The notes beneath the pieces were generated by a model that saw only the letters and a program-made list of their open reading frames with translations, was not told the origin of the DNA and did no database searches. The position numbers were made by a program, and so were the translations under genes. A stretch of 63,684 nucleotides of DNA, filler included, from Choristocarpus tenellus KU-1152 (lineage: Eukaryota > Protista > Phaeophyceae): assembly GCA_964200185.2 (NCBI GenBank). It is 8 parts of 8 records of this genome, joined end to end, with 100 filler letters (N's around TTAATTAATTAA, not from the genome) between each part and the next. Parts side by side here need not be neighbours in the genome. Positions count along the whole stretch, not along the records: positions 61,141 to 63,684 come from CAXNAD020026897.1; 7 more parts are not named here. The stretch is one strand, 5' to 3'. Positions 62,508-63,684 of the stretch are shown here, in pieces (the first letter of the stretch is position 1; each line of letters begins with the position of its first letter).

Positions 62508-62611
62508 CCGAAGGTCCCCAAAAGATCTCGCAGAAGACATCCCTGTAGCCACTGCATCTGTTGACTCTGTTCTGAAGGTCCAGCTTCCACAAGGTCGCTT
62601 CTTTCCATTGT
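62508..62611 (-). CDS. ACC1: acetyl-CoA carboxylase central domain, exon
   Basis: gaacag acceptor in phase 1. DNGKKRPCGSWTFRTESTDAVATGMSSARSFGDLR has W.F and M....S..DL as in the ACC regulatory loop. CGG|gtacat donor. Confidence 0.7.
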
Positions 62612-62736
62612 CTGTTCAAAAATCGGAACGGAACAAAGCAAAAAAATAACATTACAAGATTTTTTTTTTAAAGCAAAAAAATCTGACCCTAACCCTATAT
62701 ATATATACATAAATATATAGATGAATAATTTAAACT

Positions 62737-62747
62737 GGCACGAAGTA

Positions 62748-62793
<46 letters not shown>

Positions 62794-62906
62794 ACCTGTT
62801 CATTTGGGGCCCATTTTTCCATGTCGCGATTTTTGTGTGATTTGGTTGTATATATATGAACACCCTGGTGGAGATCGCCCCCCCCCCCTCCATGATACTT
62901 TGAGCC
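62737..62906. mobile_element. MITE family B copy containing a (TG)n microsatellite, intronic
   Basis: ggcacgaagtatct...gatactttgagcc. Interior is the reverse complement of 9522-9695. Confidence 0.6.
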
Positions 62907-63125
62907 ACTACCTTTTTCTCAAACACCTACAAATATAAAAAAGGATCACATGCACGTCCTGCATTTCAATCAACGGCTCAATCACAATGCAACAGAGACC
63001 TGTGCTCGAGGACTTTAAAACACGCCACCCCACACAAGATGGGTCAATATCCATCACCCCAAACAGCAGTTACACGCAAGCCTTAACACACACACACACA
63101 CACATGAAGCCCCCTTTGAATCTAC

Positions 63126-63273
63126 CTCCTTTTAGGCACCACTTGAAGCCCCCAATGACATGGGTTCTATAGATTCTTCTCACGTACACCTCTGCAGCTG
63201 ATTTGCCCATCTCGACATCCTCGGACATCAACAGAGGAGCTAGAAGGTCTCTCACCGGAACAGCCTGTGCCAC
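63126..63273 (-). CDS. ACC1: acetyl-CoA carboxylase central domain, exon
   Basis: ttgacag acceptor. DLLAPLLMSEDVEMGKSAAEVYVRRIYRTHVI matches the ACC AALEVYVRRAY motif. G|gtagat donor. Confidence 0.78.
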
Positions 63274-63575
63274 CTGTCAACAAACACACCATCACCATCA
63301 CCATCACCACCCCAAAGTATCTTAAGAAAGTACTTGTTAGAATGAGCCTTACAACATACATACATATATTTTTTTTCATACCACAATTTTTTTTTTAATG
63401 ATTTAAAAAATTATTAATTGAAACGAGTCCTTAACATAGCAACTATCAGTATTCATAATAATAATATTATAAATAGTAATAATAATAATAATAATAACAT
63501 ATTTGGAATACAATCGTCACCTGCCAAACCCACACAATGAGAGAAGTCAAAACACACTCCACACAATCGATAGAA

Positions 63576-63610
63576 CCCTAACACTAACCCTAACCCCTAA
63601 CCCTAACCCC
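63576..63610. repeat. short (CCCTAA)n tract
   Basis: Direct observation. Confidence 0.75.
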
Positions 63611-63684
63611 AACGTCAAAGCAACCCTTGCGAACACACCCCATCGCCTGGTGTGTACGCACCTCTATCCCCCCCCCCACCCCCC

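Noticed and set aside
62300-62926. 208-aa ORF on the - strand
   Set aside because: Runs through a MITE, a (CA)n tract and T-rich intron. The real exon at 62508-62611 uses another frame.

Overview
Eukaryotic, intron-rich, transposon-rich DNA. It is not one locus: seven 100-bp N44-TTAATTAATTAA-N44 spacers join eight separate contigs, so genes are truncated and adjacency across spacers means nothing. Intronic (CCCTAA)n tracts and the transposon spectrum suggest a brown alga or related stramenopile (inference). I reconstructed six partial spliced genes by hand from AG/GT sites and exon phase: the 3' end of an MFS transporter, the last exon of a WDR89-like WD40 protein, an 8-exon uncharacterised alpha-helical protein, a long coiled-coil protein, the 5' part of a PP2C phosphatase, and central-domain exons of acetyl-CoA carboxylase. 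The rest is mostly TE debris: a Stowaway/mariner-type element, Tc1-like deletion derivatives with internal palindromes, two related MITE families with 4-bp TSDs, CRE-like LINE 3' ends, a DIRS/Ngaro-type RT pseudogene, two TG...CA repeat families without TSDs, and a tRNA-like pseudogene. I found no clearly new multi-gene system. The best leads are a tandem array that multiplies a splice donor in the PP2C gene, TSD-less TG...CA repeats in inverted pairs (one pair around a DIRS-type RT), a palindrome centred on telomeric repeats, and a 5'-to-3' CpG-depletion gradient in genes. All assignments come from reading motifs by eye; no searches were run.
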